DNA of 64,000 nucleotides from Lama glama (taxonomy: Eukaryota), in contig CM052817.1 of NCBI GenBank assembly GCA_028534125.1, positions 64,234,001 to 64,298,000 on the forward strand, read 5' to 3'. Numbering within the stretch: the stretch's first letter is position 1; the number at the start of each line of letters is the position of its first letter. The translations under genes and the position numbers were made by a program. The notes under the pieces are model-generated. The model had not been told where the DNA came from and did not search any database. It saw nothing but the letters and a program-made list of their open reading frames with translations. This document shows, piece after piece, positions 26,480-37,800 of the stretch.

Positions 26480-27160
26480 TCCTAGAGCCAGCACACCTGC
26501 TCGCATCTGCTGCCACCAAGGGAGCTGCGCACTCATGCCAGGTGAGCTGCGGTTCCTTTCTAGGCCAATCATATTTGCTTTGCATTTATACTCGCTAAGA
26601 ATCATGTAAAAGCAATTAACTATGAATGTCAAAAAGGAGACACTTCTCTAAAAACTAAGTTAAATGCCTTGTACAAGCTCAGTGAAAGCAAACCATGAAA
26701 AAAGTCTGCTGGTGAATCAGGTGTGGGAGAGACAAGTATAAAAGACTAGGAAAATTCTGGAAGGATCCTGAACGTAGATTATTTTGCAAGTATTGCTAAA
26801 TTCTAGATCTGCCTTAAAGAAATACAAATGGTGATAAATTATGGCTGAGTTTATAGAAGAAAGATACTTCTGTTAGAGGATCCTTCCTGAAGGTCTTGGG
26901 CCGACATCAGAACATTTTTGGTCCTCAAAATTTTACAGCAAGTGACAGACCACTGGGAGAAAAATATTGGGGTCTCCATGTGCACATCACTTGCTGGGAA
27001 ACATCAAATTGCTAATCAACATGTTGCTCAGAAATTATGTTTTCATTTAAAATAAAATGTCTAAAGCATGGGTCATTTATCATGTATCCTCATCATCTTA
27101 ATTGAGCCTTCAGGTTAACCAGTCGCCAGTCCTACTCAGTTTGACAACAAGGCTGCAACT
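26480..27160 (+). mobile_element. Tigger-family (TcMar) DNA transposon fossil with decayed transposase N-terminus
   Basis: From ATG 26622, with a frameshift: MNVKK / SLKTKLNALYKLSESKP*KKSAGESGVGETSIKD*EN ... RSALKK, resembling the CENP-B/Tigger helix-turn-helix. Outer boundaries uncertain. Confidence 0.7.
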
Positions 27161-27499
27161 CTGCACGTGCTCGTGTTTTCACACAACTGGACATGCTCAA
27201 TGGAGTTACAAAGCTCCCACTACATAATATATGCAAATCACATCTATTCCTTGCCTGGTGTTTAATATACATACATTTTATAAACACACATATATATAAA
27301 TTTACACATAAAAACTTTGAGACTTAAAAAGTTTTTAAATGTCTTTAGGGAGTTTCCTAATTTTGTCCCTAAAATAATACATACTTTTGGAATAACTGAA
27401 TTTGTACCTTTGTGTATACATGCATAGCATTTGGTCTGTGTCTCCTATACAGTTATAGAATATTAAAGCACAATATTGGGCTTTAAAGATAAAGGAGAG

Positions 27500-28351
27500 C
27501 AAGTAATTGGCAAAGGACTTGAATACACATTTCTCCAAAGACATACAAATAGCCACTAAGCACATGGAAAGATACTCAGCATCACTAATCATTAGGGAAA
27601 TGTAAATCAGACTACAATGAGATACCATCTCACACCCTATAGGATGGCTACCAACCAAAAAAACCCCCCAAAAAAACAAACAAACAAAAAAACAATGTTG
27701 GCAAGGATGTAGGGAAACTGGAACCCTTGTACACTATTGGTGGGAATGTAAAATGGTACACCTGCTGTGGAAAATAGGATGGAGGTTCCTACAAAAATTA
27801 AAAACTAGAAGTACCGTATGACCCAGCAATTCCATTTCTGGGTATATACCCAAAAAGACTGAACGCAGGGTCTCAAAGAGATATATCTATACTCATATAC
27901 AAGAGCTAAAACATAGAAGCAACCTGAGTGTCTATCAGTGGATGAACACATATGCAAAATGTGTATATACATATGATGGAGTACTACGCAGCCTTAAAAA
28001 GGATGGCAATTCTGCAACATACTACAATATGGATGAACCTTAAGAACATTAGGCTAAGTGAAGCAAGCCAGTCACAAAAAGACAAATACTGCATGATTTG
28101 ATTTATATGAGGTACCTAGAACTGTCAAAATCACAAAGACAGAAAATATGGTGGTTGCCAAGGGCCAGGGGAGGGGAGAATGTAGAATTATTATTTAATA
28201 GTGCCAGAGTTTCAATTCCACAAGATGCAAAGAGTGAAGAGGATAGACGGTGGTGATGATAACCTAACTGTAAGTATATTCCATACCACCAAACTGTACA
28301 CTTACAAAATGGTTAAGATGGTAAATTTTATGTGTATTTTAACACAATAAA
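27500..28351 (+). mobile_element. L1MB-like 3' portion
   Basis: ggcaaaggacttgaatacacatttctccaaag...ctcagcatcactaatcattagggaaatg...tatgacccagcaattcca...aaaatggttaagatggtaaattttatg...caataaa. Confidence 0.9.
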
Positions 28352-29107
28352 GAATAGAGTGGTGCTTTCCTTATTTCTAATTTCATTAGGGGGCTAACTG
28401 CATCTTGCACATGGCAGATGAAAGGCTCTGGGGTGTGTGTTCAACTTCGCTGGCTCCAGACCCACAATACTGTTAAACAACCTGGCAGACACAAATCACC
28501 ATCTGGAGCCTCCACTGAAGCTACAGTGCCCATTGTCACCAGTCCCATCCGTGTCTGTGTGCATGGCTGTGTGTGTGTTGTGTGTGCATGCGTGCATGTA
28601 CAGGGAAAGTCAGGGGCTGTCCAACAACTCAGAGATCCAGCTTCATGGAGTCCAGCAAACAGGAGATCCTCATTCATGGCCAAAGGATGAAAGGGGCACT
28701 GTACAACACAGTCTGACCCTCAGACTGGCCAGACCACAAAATGAATGGCAGTGACCACGGAGGAGGTGGAGTGTCACATATCTGCATTTTTTTGTGTTGG
28801 TAATGAGAGCAACAAGTGCTAAAAGCTTGAGAAAGCAGATCAGAGATGGAGGCACAAAATAAGACACAAGGAAATTATAACTTCTAAGTGGCAACAAAAA
28901 AATGGGGTGGAGGAAAAAGAACTTCTTTAACAGTGATCAGAAAATTGCTGAAGGGATGGCATGTCTTCAAACACAGCTGTGCCATACAGTGGAACTGAAA
29001 TGTAGTCTGGAATGAGAAGTATCTAAGTGATAACACAGATCTCAGCTGTATTCTTCCAAGGCAGTCTCATGCACAAAGTCCTATGTTACAAGACGGAACG
29101 GTGGAGG

Positions 29108-29607
29108 TGCACGGTGGACATCTGTGGTGATTGCCCCACGCAGCAGCCCTGCCCAGTCCTTCCCATGTGGTTTGAGTGGGATGGGGAGGTATAGACCCAG
29201 GGTTGGTAATACTGCCTCCTTTGACTCAGTGACTAAGACCACAGAGGTCAGGAGGGGTGATGAGTTTATCTGAGTCAATGCCCATCAGATGTAGAACTAA
29301 GTTGAAACTACTAAAAAAAGAGGCTTCCTCTTCCTGCTCACATCCTATAGGGTGTGAGATGGTATCTCATACAGAACTACAGAAGCTGGTGGCTGTTTCT
29401 GCTTGGGGCAAACTTGCCTGAAAATGAAGCCAACAGGGAAAGGAAGGGCAAGAAAGGGAGAGACATTTCTGATATCGTCAGAGCAGCTGGATACAGCCAG
29501 TGCCAAAAGCAATGCCATTATGTGAATCAATAATTTCCTGTTTTTGCTTAAACCAGTTTGATTGAGGTTTCGGTTTCATGTCATTGAAATTAGTCCTGAC
29601 CAATTCA
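29108..29607 (+). mobile_element. Old MLT1 (K/L-like) LTR
   Basis: gtggacatctgt...cccatgtggttt...ctggatacagcc...tgtgaatcaataatttcctgtttttgcttaaaccagtttga...tcctgaccaattca. Confidence 0.7.
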
Positions 29608-29819
29608 AGGTGTAAATGGCTGTAATATATTGCTTCCATTTAACTATACTGCTTACAGTCCATGCTGTGGAACACAGGATTTATCCCTACACGTAAGCCA
29701 CATAGCCTTAGTGGGCTCAGCCCAGATTATTCCAAAGGGCAGAAGGAAAATGCAATCCAACTGGGGACACATGTGATTATTATGATACAATATTGACAAC
29801 ATTAATAGCAAACAGTCGT

Positions 29820-30215
29820 TAAACATCACTAGGTGCTTATGCCAAATGCTTTATATAACTCAACCTTCACAGTGTTTTAAGAAAGTAGTCTCGTTATTTC
29901 TGTTTTAAATATGGGGAAACCAACTCAGAGAGGTTTAAGAAACTTGCCCAGAACCAGAGACAAATGGTGGTGTCCCAGAGCAAGAACAAACTGAACTAGG
30001 TGGGAGGGTATAGCTCAGGTGGTAGAGCACATGCTTAGCATGCATGAGGTCCTAGGTTCAATCCTCAGTATCTCCTTTAAAAATAAATAAATAAACCCGA
30101 TTACCTCCTCCCTCAACAAAAATTAAAATAAAAATTTTTAGAAAAGAATGAACCAAACTAGAATATTCTAACTCTAACTAGAACATTTGCTCTTCACCAC
30201 TATGCTCTACTGCCT
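29820..30215 (-). mobile_element. MIR interrupted by a camelid SINE
   Basis: gccaaatgctttatata...ggggaaaccaactcagagaggtttaagaaacttgcccaga... resumes ...tgctcttcaccactatgctctactgcc. Confidence 0.7.
29999..30143 (+). mobile_element. Camelid vic-1-type SINE with 18-bp TSD
   Basis: gggagggtatagctcaggtggtagagcacatgcttagcatgcatgaggtcctaggttcaatcctcagta...aaataaataaataaacccgattacctcc; TSD 29982-29999 and 30144-30161. Confidence 0.92.
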
Positions 30216-30352
30216 CCGGAAGATCCCATGTGCCACAAGACAACACACAGCTCGGCTCTGCCACGCCACACAAAGGCTCAGCCGCTCTGCGGTGCCCTGA
30301 GCCACCCTCACCACAGCACAAATGTCAACACGTCATGGAGTAGCCCTTGGAG

Positions 30353-30600
30353 AGGTGGCTTTCCAACTGCAGGGAGCAAACTGTAAGTGGGCTATGAAAC
30401 CAACTGAATGAATGGAAACAAGTAGTATTTTCTTTGACCAAACAGAAAATAAAATATCAGAACACAGTGGATAAGAGTAAATATTGCTTTGCGAAACCTT
30501 TTTTGTTATGCCTACATACCCATTGATATATGTATATACTGGGTCATGACGTAAAACATATCTTACTACAGATTATTGTCAAAAGAGTTTTAAGCCGTTA
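30353..30600. mobile_element. hAT-Charlie fossil (Charlie4z-like)
   Basis: gtggctttccaactgc...aaaatatcaga...tactgggtcatgacgtaaaacatatcttact...gtcaaaagagttttaagcc. Confidence 0.6.
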
Positions 30601-30706
30601 ATAAACAAAAGGCTCTGTGCATGCTGGCTGTAAAACCACCTACACCAGGACCCACAGGGTCAGGACTGGGGAGGAAGGCAGACATTAAAACCAGATGGCC
30701 TAAATT

Positions 30707-30792
30707 GGGGGGTGGGTACAGCTCAGTGGTAGAGTGGGTGCCTAGCATGCATGAGGTCCTGGATTCAATCCCTAGTACCTCCAAAAAAAAAA
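30707..30792 (+). mobile_element. Camelid vic-1-type SINE, short form (tRNA-like part and A-run only)
   Basis: ggggggtgggtacagctcagtggtagagtgggtgcctagcatgcatgaggtcctggattcaatccctagtacctcc followed by an A-run. Confidence 0.9.
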
Positions 30793-31661
30793 GGGGGGGG
30801 GTTGAAGAAAATTAAAACTGACCCACACTGCAATACATCTTCATGAAGCAATCCTTTAAATGAGCCCACTGGACTCCCCGGGAGAACTTTTGTTCCTTCA
30901 CTAAATATTAGAGACCATGAATCCCTTCACAAAACCCTCAATCTCTGATGATGTTTATGTAGCTGAAAAGAGTGATGGTGGTGGTATTAAAACAGAACGC
31001 CCTGTGTGTAAACTATCGAGGCTCACAGCCTGGGCAGCACCACAGACGTGAGGCTGAAGCTTAAACTCACTGGGACAACTTGCATTTGCAGGGGAAAGAA
31101 ACACACAAGCACAGCAGCAGCCCTGACTGGGCTAGAGAAACATCAGGCTCCATCTTCCTCCCTCTTTCCTTGCGTGGTTCCCGGGGGAAAGCAACACAGA
31201 TGCCAAGGGGCTTCACATCCCACATGAAACTCCCCCTGAGGCTGACTGGCTCCCCTCCTCATCCTGGGGGGAGGAAACTTATTAAACTTTTATTAAACTG
31301 TTGTCATAAATCGCTTATGAGAGCAAAGTAACATCTTTTATCACTTTCCCTTTACTTCCTAATGGCAAGAGGTGGGCCTGTGCCTGCTTCAGAGCCTTGA
31401 GCCAAAAATCAGCTGGCTGCACATTTCCAGTCATTAACCATCAAACTGGCAGCACTGAGGAAGCTCATTTTATTACAGGCTCATCCATAATACATTTTAT
31501 TTGAACCCTGTACAGACTGAATTGGTTAGCATGACTTAATTCATCCTAGAGCTTAAATTCCTTCGTGTGTCTCCAAAGTTGCATTATTAATTTCTCCCCC
31601 ATACAGTAAGTTGTTCAACCTCGTCAAGTGAGGAAATACTGGTTCGTATAACATATTTTAT

Positions 31662-31848
31662 CCTGTGGTTCTGAACCTTTTGTAGGTTATGGGTCCTCCT
31701 TTGAGTACCTAATGAAACCTACAGGCCTTCTCTCAAGAAAACTACACAGGTATACAGATTTTGCTAGGATTTTAGGGAGCTCACAGACATCCAGAAAGCC
31801 CTCCATGGTCTCTTAGAAAGAATATAACCCTAGGTTAATATTCTCAGT
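31662..31848. mobile_element. hAT-Charlie MITE fossil (MER103-like)
   Basis: gtggttctgaaccttttgtaggttatggg...ctttgagtacctaatgaaa...gctcacagac...cctaggttaatattct. Confidence 0.5.
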
Positions 31849-32329
31849 CCTAATCTCTATCACCTTTTATAGTATTAAACATATTTGTAGCAAAAAAATC
31901 TTCCCACATACTTACACTAAAAAAAAAAAAAAAACCTGTGCACTTATAGAGTTAGGTGATTTCTCTCAAACACATCCCAAAAGATACAATGAACAAAACA
32001 GTGGTGTCAATATCTCCTACTTAACTCTAGTATACTTCAGAAATCAATATTCAGTTATTTAGGACCATGCTTAGTGCTGAAAGAGAAGTTTTTAAAAAAG
32101 AGAAGTTTCAGCCCTTCATCTTAACAAAACCAATACATGAAGCAATGGTAGAAAAAGAAGTCCACACATAGTTACCTGCTAACTCATGTGGCAACAGCGA
32201 AAGGTTTAATGGGAATTAGACTTTACTTTTCATTGATCTTCACAGCAGACACGCAGGAGCTTTTCTGCTTTAGAGTCTGTTTCCTTTCTTCTGGTTACAT
32301 CATCTTGATGTTTGTCGGGGGAACGCGCT

Positions 32330-32695
32330 GTGCCCTAGGGTGGCATGGGAGGGATGTGACCCAACCCTGGTAATCACAGCATTCCACCTACCTTGCCACA
32401 ATGATTGGTTTGAAAATAGCAAGTTCTCAAAGTGAGTCCAATGAGACTCAATACTGGAACTTCTGCTCAAGCCTTTGGCAAGAGAAACTCTCATTTGCTA
32501 GGATTATTAAATGCAGGAAAGATGCCAGCAGTTGCTGGTAGCCATCTTGAAACCATATGGGGATACCCTGACCAAGAATGACATCAACCCAAGAGAAAGC
32601 AGAGCCAAGAAATGGACAGATCCCTTATGACGTAGTTTGATCATTGGATACAGCTGTAGCTGAAGCTCTTTCAAGTGTATGAGTTAATAAGCTCC
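32330..32695 (+). mobile_element. Old MLT1 (K/L-like) LTR fragment
   Basis: atgtgacccaaccctggtaatcacagcattcca...tgattggtt...ccaatgagactc...agccatcttg...gaaagcagagcc...ggatacagctgtagctgaagc...gagttaataa. Confidence 0.7.
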
Positions 32696-34779
32696 AACCT
32701 CATGGAGTCCATCCATCACCACAGTAATTTCAGGTTCTACACTTCTCCACCCGCTTTCCTATCACTAGTTCACACAATTTGCTAAGTTGTCCTGTAACAT
32801 AACAGATTTAAAATGATCAACGACCCATTTATTGTTACTTTACTTGATGCCACTACAATACTAGTCAACAAAACAATGGTCTTTATTTAATTACAGGCAT
32901 GAATTCTCAACATTTTACTTAATACAGATTTATTTGAAAGACTTTTTTCTGAGCTAACATCTTAAAATGTAACAGTAAGAAAAAACATTGCTAGGTAACA
33001 CTAGAAATATGAAAGTATCTGATTTGTTGTCTAAAAGTAATAGAGTAAATTACGTAAAAGCTGAAACAACATGATAGCATTTTAGGGCCAACCTAAATCT
33101 CCAAGAGGGAAAAAAAAAATTAAAGTCCAAGGTTAAAACACTAAAATGGATCTTAAAGGAAGTGAAAACAAGACATTAAGTCCTCGACAGTTTTAAAACT
33201 GTTATCTCCAGGTGGCGGCATTACAGAAAAGTAGAACAAAATGAATCTTGTGTCTTTCCCAAATTATCTACCCAGATCATACTGTCTTGATAAGGGGAAA
33301 AAAATTGAGCTTTAAAAAAATTAAAGACCAGCTAATGATATAGACTGAAAATAATACCATACTTCTTCAAAACGTTGTAAGAATGGATACACTTCATAAA
33401 AAAATTTTTTCACATCCTTTTACGGGAAAAAACAAAACTTTAAATGATGAAATTGGTATTTGTTGTATTTTCAGGTACGTATCCAGAAAGCTTCTGGGGA
33501 TCACCAGATCGGGGGTCAAAACGACTCACTGCCAGTTTGGGCAAGACTACACCAAAACAAATTTCAGACTTTGGCTGGTTCTTCTCCAAAAGTTTCCCAA
33601 AGAAAATGTCAAAAGCATTTGTGGTGAAATGTTAAAAATGCTAACGGGGTCTTGCAATCAACAAGTTTTACTCAAAGTGTAACTTCAATTCCATTTTCTA
33701 CTTGATCCCTTCAAAAGTAAAATTTTCTTTGCATTATAAAAATTAACATCTTGTCCCAACTTCCCCAAAAGGATATAGAGTATCTGGTTATGTAACTGCC
33801 TTTTAATTTTTTAGCTGCGTTTTTCAAAATTTGAAATTCATCTTGATTTGAAACATGAGCCTACTGATTCCGAAAGCCCTGCTATGACTTAGTCAAGTTC
33901 AGTGTCTCATACTTTGTGTGCTCGCAGCATGAACCATTATAGAGAAAGCTTATTAAAAGTTCTCATTTCACATTACAAATCCATAATCTAACATACTAAT
34001 TATATTCATTAAAATGAATGGTGATGGAACATCCATAAACGTCATTATACACAATCATCATTAAAATTCACTGTGGAATCATCGCTTCAAAATCTCATCT
34101 CGAATACACAAAACTATTTGAAATTACTATATTATCTTTATTTCTAGCTTAAACTTGGTTAAATGCCCCCTCAGGCTTTTTATTTAAGTACAATGAGGCA
34201 ACAAGCCCTAAAATATTCCATCACCACAGAAAATATAAACTCTGTTAGCATGCATGAATTCCAAATGAAAACAAAAGTTTCAGCTTGGACCTAAAAGACA
34301 GATCCACAAATATGAGAAAGAATCCTCTGAAAGATCAAGTCTTTCTTTCTAAAGAAAAGACTTTGGGAGAACAAATGTGTATCTGAGTTACCAAATAATT
34401 CCATGCCCATGTTCACAGTGAGGGTTGCAGGGAACATGTGGATTATGGGATTATGAAACCCCATAGAAAAATACCCTGTGTTCTGCTAGAAGCATTTAGG
34501 CATTGGATGGTTATAAAAGAAACAGCCTGTGAAAACCAGAAGTTTCCTCAGTTCAAGCCCCTGACACCTGACTGGACCACACACACACGAGAAAGTAACA
34601 AGAAGGGTGAGTTATAGCCACACACAACGCTTCCCAGTGGAACTGGAGATGGTCAGTTTTCTCATCTGAGTGCTGGTCACACAATTATGTTCAATTTGTG
34701 GAAACCCACCATGACAAGCACTTTTCTGTACGCACATCATACTTCATAACCCACGAGGGTCTCCACGTCTTCTCCAACG

Positions 34780-35190
34780 TCCCTTCCCACCATTCGCTCC
34801 AGCAATACAGGTCTACTTTCTACTCCTTGACCACACCACGCGATTTCCCACCTCAGCCCTCGCGATTAGTAAACCTGTGCCTTCTCCTTTTATAGAGAGT
34901 GGTTATTCCATCATGCAGGGGCTCATTTGGATGACATCTCCTCAGACAAGTCTTTTCTGCCCACTCTTGCTAGTCTTGACTACATCACCTATTTATTTCC
35001 CCCGTCATCTCACTTACCACGTCCTAAAATTATCTTTTAATTGCATTTGTAGTCGTTTTTCAGCCGTTCCCCCTACTAGAATGTATGCTTCATGAGAATG
35101 GAGACCAAATACATCTTTTCCACTTGTGTTCCCCCAGCGTAGGGCCTTGAACATCAGTGTTCAAAAGCAAGTTGCCTGAACGAATAAATG
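34780..35190 (+). mobile_element. L2 3' fragment
   Basis: ccccctactagaatgtatgcttcatgagaatggagacc...tgttcccccagcgtag...tgaacgaataaatg. Confidence 0.65.
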
Positions 35191-37109
35191 GTACCTTGCA
35201 TCAAAAAGTGTCCCAGTTATTATGCTGAAAGGTAGACGAAAAAAAAAAACAAGTAGTTAAAATTAAGAATTAGTTTGAAATGAAGCAGAATAAAAACCAT
35301 GTTCTCAGACTGCTTCCACATACCGTGCTTTACTCACCACCACCAGCACTGGAATCACAATGCTGAATACAAAACAACACACTAACAGCTACTCAGAAGT
35401 TTAACCTACCCTTTAAAAGTAAAAAGATCTACCACATTATTAGGATGTTATTAGGAAAAAAGACAATCCTGTTAATTCATTTTTTTCTTCCTGTAAAAAG
35501 ACTGGAAAATCACTTCAGGCACTTGCGTGCACACGCACACACACACAGTGCTGCCGGGAAGGGCTCTCCAGCACTGGACTGGTATCTCCAGCTACAACCC
35601 AACCCACTGGGGACTTCATAATCCTTACACACACCCTTGGCCTGAGATACAGACACTGCATGCCAAATTTGTGGGTGGGAAAGCCAATTCTATCCTTCCT
35701 GCAGAAGGATATACGGACAATCATTACACAGCTTCAGGATGACCCGTGCCTTCCTGTCTCAGGAAGCTCCCAGAGGCTCTCTAATCGCCTCCGATTCCTC
35801 AGTGCAGCCAGCTTCAAACTTTGAGATGATGAAGCACCTGGCAGTCATGCTGCCCATTGAGGAAAAACATGAAATACTTTGTTTCTTCTTATGAATCAGG
35901 AACACTTTTTCTGGCAGAAGAGGCAGAATATGAATGCCATGTAAAACCACAGCCTAAAACCGTGTGTGCTCAACAAAATAACAGAGTTATTGAACTCATT
36001 GGCTGGTTGAGTTTTTTCGTTAATAATCTTTTGCAACTTACATTCATGTCTGCTAATATTCAGTAGGTATGTGGTAGCTGATGCCAAAGGCTTAAGAATA
36101 GTTGGCAAGAGAAAAACTTGCAACTAAAAAAATTATTTCTATTAACCCTTTTTTTTTTTTCTTCTGTGGATAGGGATAGGTGATTAGCCATGTTTAGCAA
36201 TAAAATTGCTGAGCTGGAAGAACATCTATGAATCACTGCCTTAAGGGAAGTCTTCTAAAGTCCAGTTTCTATAACCCTTTGCTAAAGATAAGTAAATATA
36301 TGTATATATTCATCTTTATATTTATAAAATATTAACGATCTTTTCTTTAATCTTTAATATTGATATAAAGATAATAAAATAAACATAAGAAAAATATATA
36401 TACACTTCTATACTGGGAAGAAACTTCTAATTCTCACCAAGTTTATTCTTATCAAAAGGTAAGTGAAATGGCTATTCTAAAATAACTTTGTTAAAAATTA
36501 TACCAATATTTTGAAAGAACTAAGAAGCAAAACGATCCCTACAACCACACTGTATTATTATGTGCACAAACGTTAAATATGAAGTAATCTGAAAGCTGAT
36601 TACACAGAAAATCTTTAATTACATACTTTTACTGGGGGTGGCTAAAGTCAAAGCAATTAATAGACATGAAAGGATGTCTTTGATGGTAGTGTCTTTAAAA
36701 TACATAAAGACATCATAGTAAGTTTAGTCATAATAGCACTTTTCTAAATAGGGTACACGCTTGACAGTGACATAAGGCACAAACAGGTCTGAGGTCTTCA
36801 AAAATGACACCAATGCAACTGAAGCAGAAAAAAATGCACAAACAGGATTAAATCTTGACACAGAAAAAAGAGAGGGCAGCATCTGGAAGTTCTGGCAAGC
36901 TAGTAAGAACAAACACTGGCAGGCACACAAATTCGACAGTCTCTGATCAAAGCTGGGTGGCTTCAATTTGGGAAGCCGACTTTTCTCTAAGTTAGAATAA
37001 CATGTTTATCAGAAAAAGTCAGCAGGTAACTATAATGAATACAGCAGTAACCGTCCTATCCAAGTAGTTTTTAAAGTCACACACTTAGAAACGTATTTAA
37101 GAATTTTAA

Positions 37110-37800
37110 ATCATATATGTAGATACTCTGTCCGCAAGGGGAGGGGAGCCGTAACTCCCTGTTCCTCTAGTGTGGGCTTTATATAGTGACTTCCTTCCAG
37201 TGAGTATAGCAGGGGAGGGGGTTAGGAGTAACAGCAGAGAAACATGGCAGACCCTCCATCAGCCAAGTGCCAAGGCCAACGTCAGCGGTGGTAAGTCATG
37301 CTGATAACAGTACTATTATGTAGTGGTGTGACAACAGCACTTTACCTCTGTGGTCTTCCCCAAAAAATCATGACCTCAGCTGAATCATGAGAAAAACATC
37401 AGACAAACCCTCATGGAGAGGCACACTACATAATACCTGAATGGTTTTGAGAAGATCCTCAAGACTGTCAAGGTCATCAAAAACAAAGGTCTAAGAAACT
37501 GTCGCAGACGAGAGGAGCCTAAGAAATCACGATGATTAAGTGAAAATGTGGGGTCTTGGATGAGATCTTGGAATAGAAAAGGACATTAGGTAAAAACTAG
37601 GGGAATCTGAATAAAGCATGGACTTTAGTGTCTACACATATTTATGTATAGATACCAGCTCATTAACTGTAATCAATATACCACAATGAGACATAAGATG
37701 TTAATAACAGGAAACTGGGTAAGGGGTAGAAGGGGGCTCTGTACTAACTTTGCAGTCTTTTTGTAAATCTGAAACTCTTCTAAAAATTGAACTTTATTTT
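37110..37800 (+). mobile_element. L1MC/L1MD-like 3' UTR
   Basis: tagtgacttccttcca...atcatgagaaaaacatcagacaaaccc...actgtcaaggtcatcaaaaacaa...ggacattagg...tgtaaatctgaaactcttctaaaa. Confidence 0.8.

Noticed and set aside
33473..33635. Plus-strand acceptor and short ORF suggesting an antisense gene
   Set aside because: No homology and no coherent chain of plus-strand exons.
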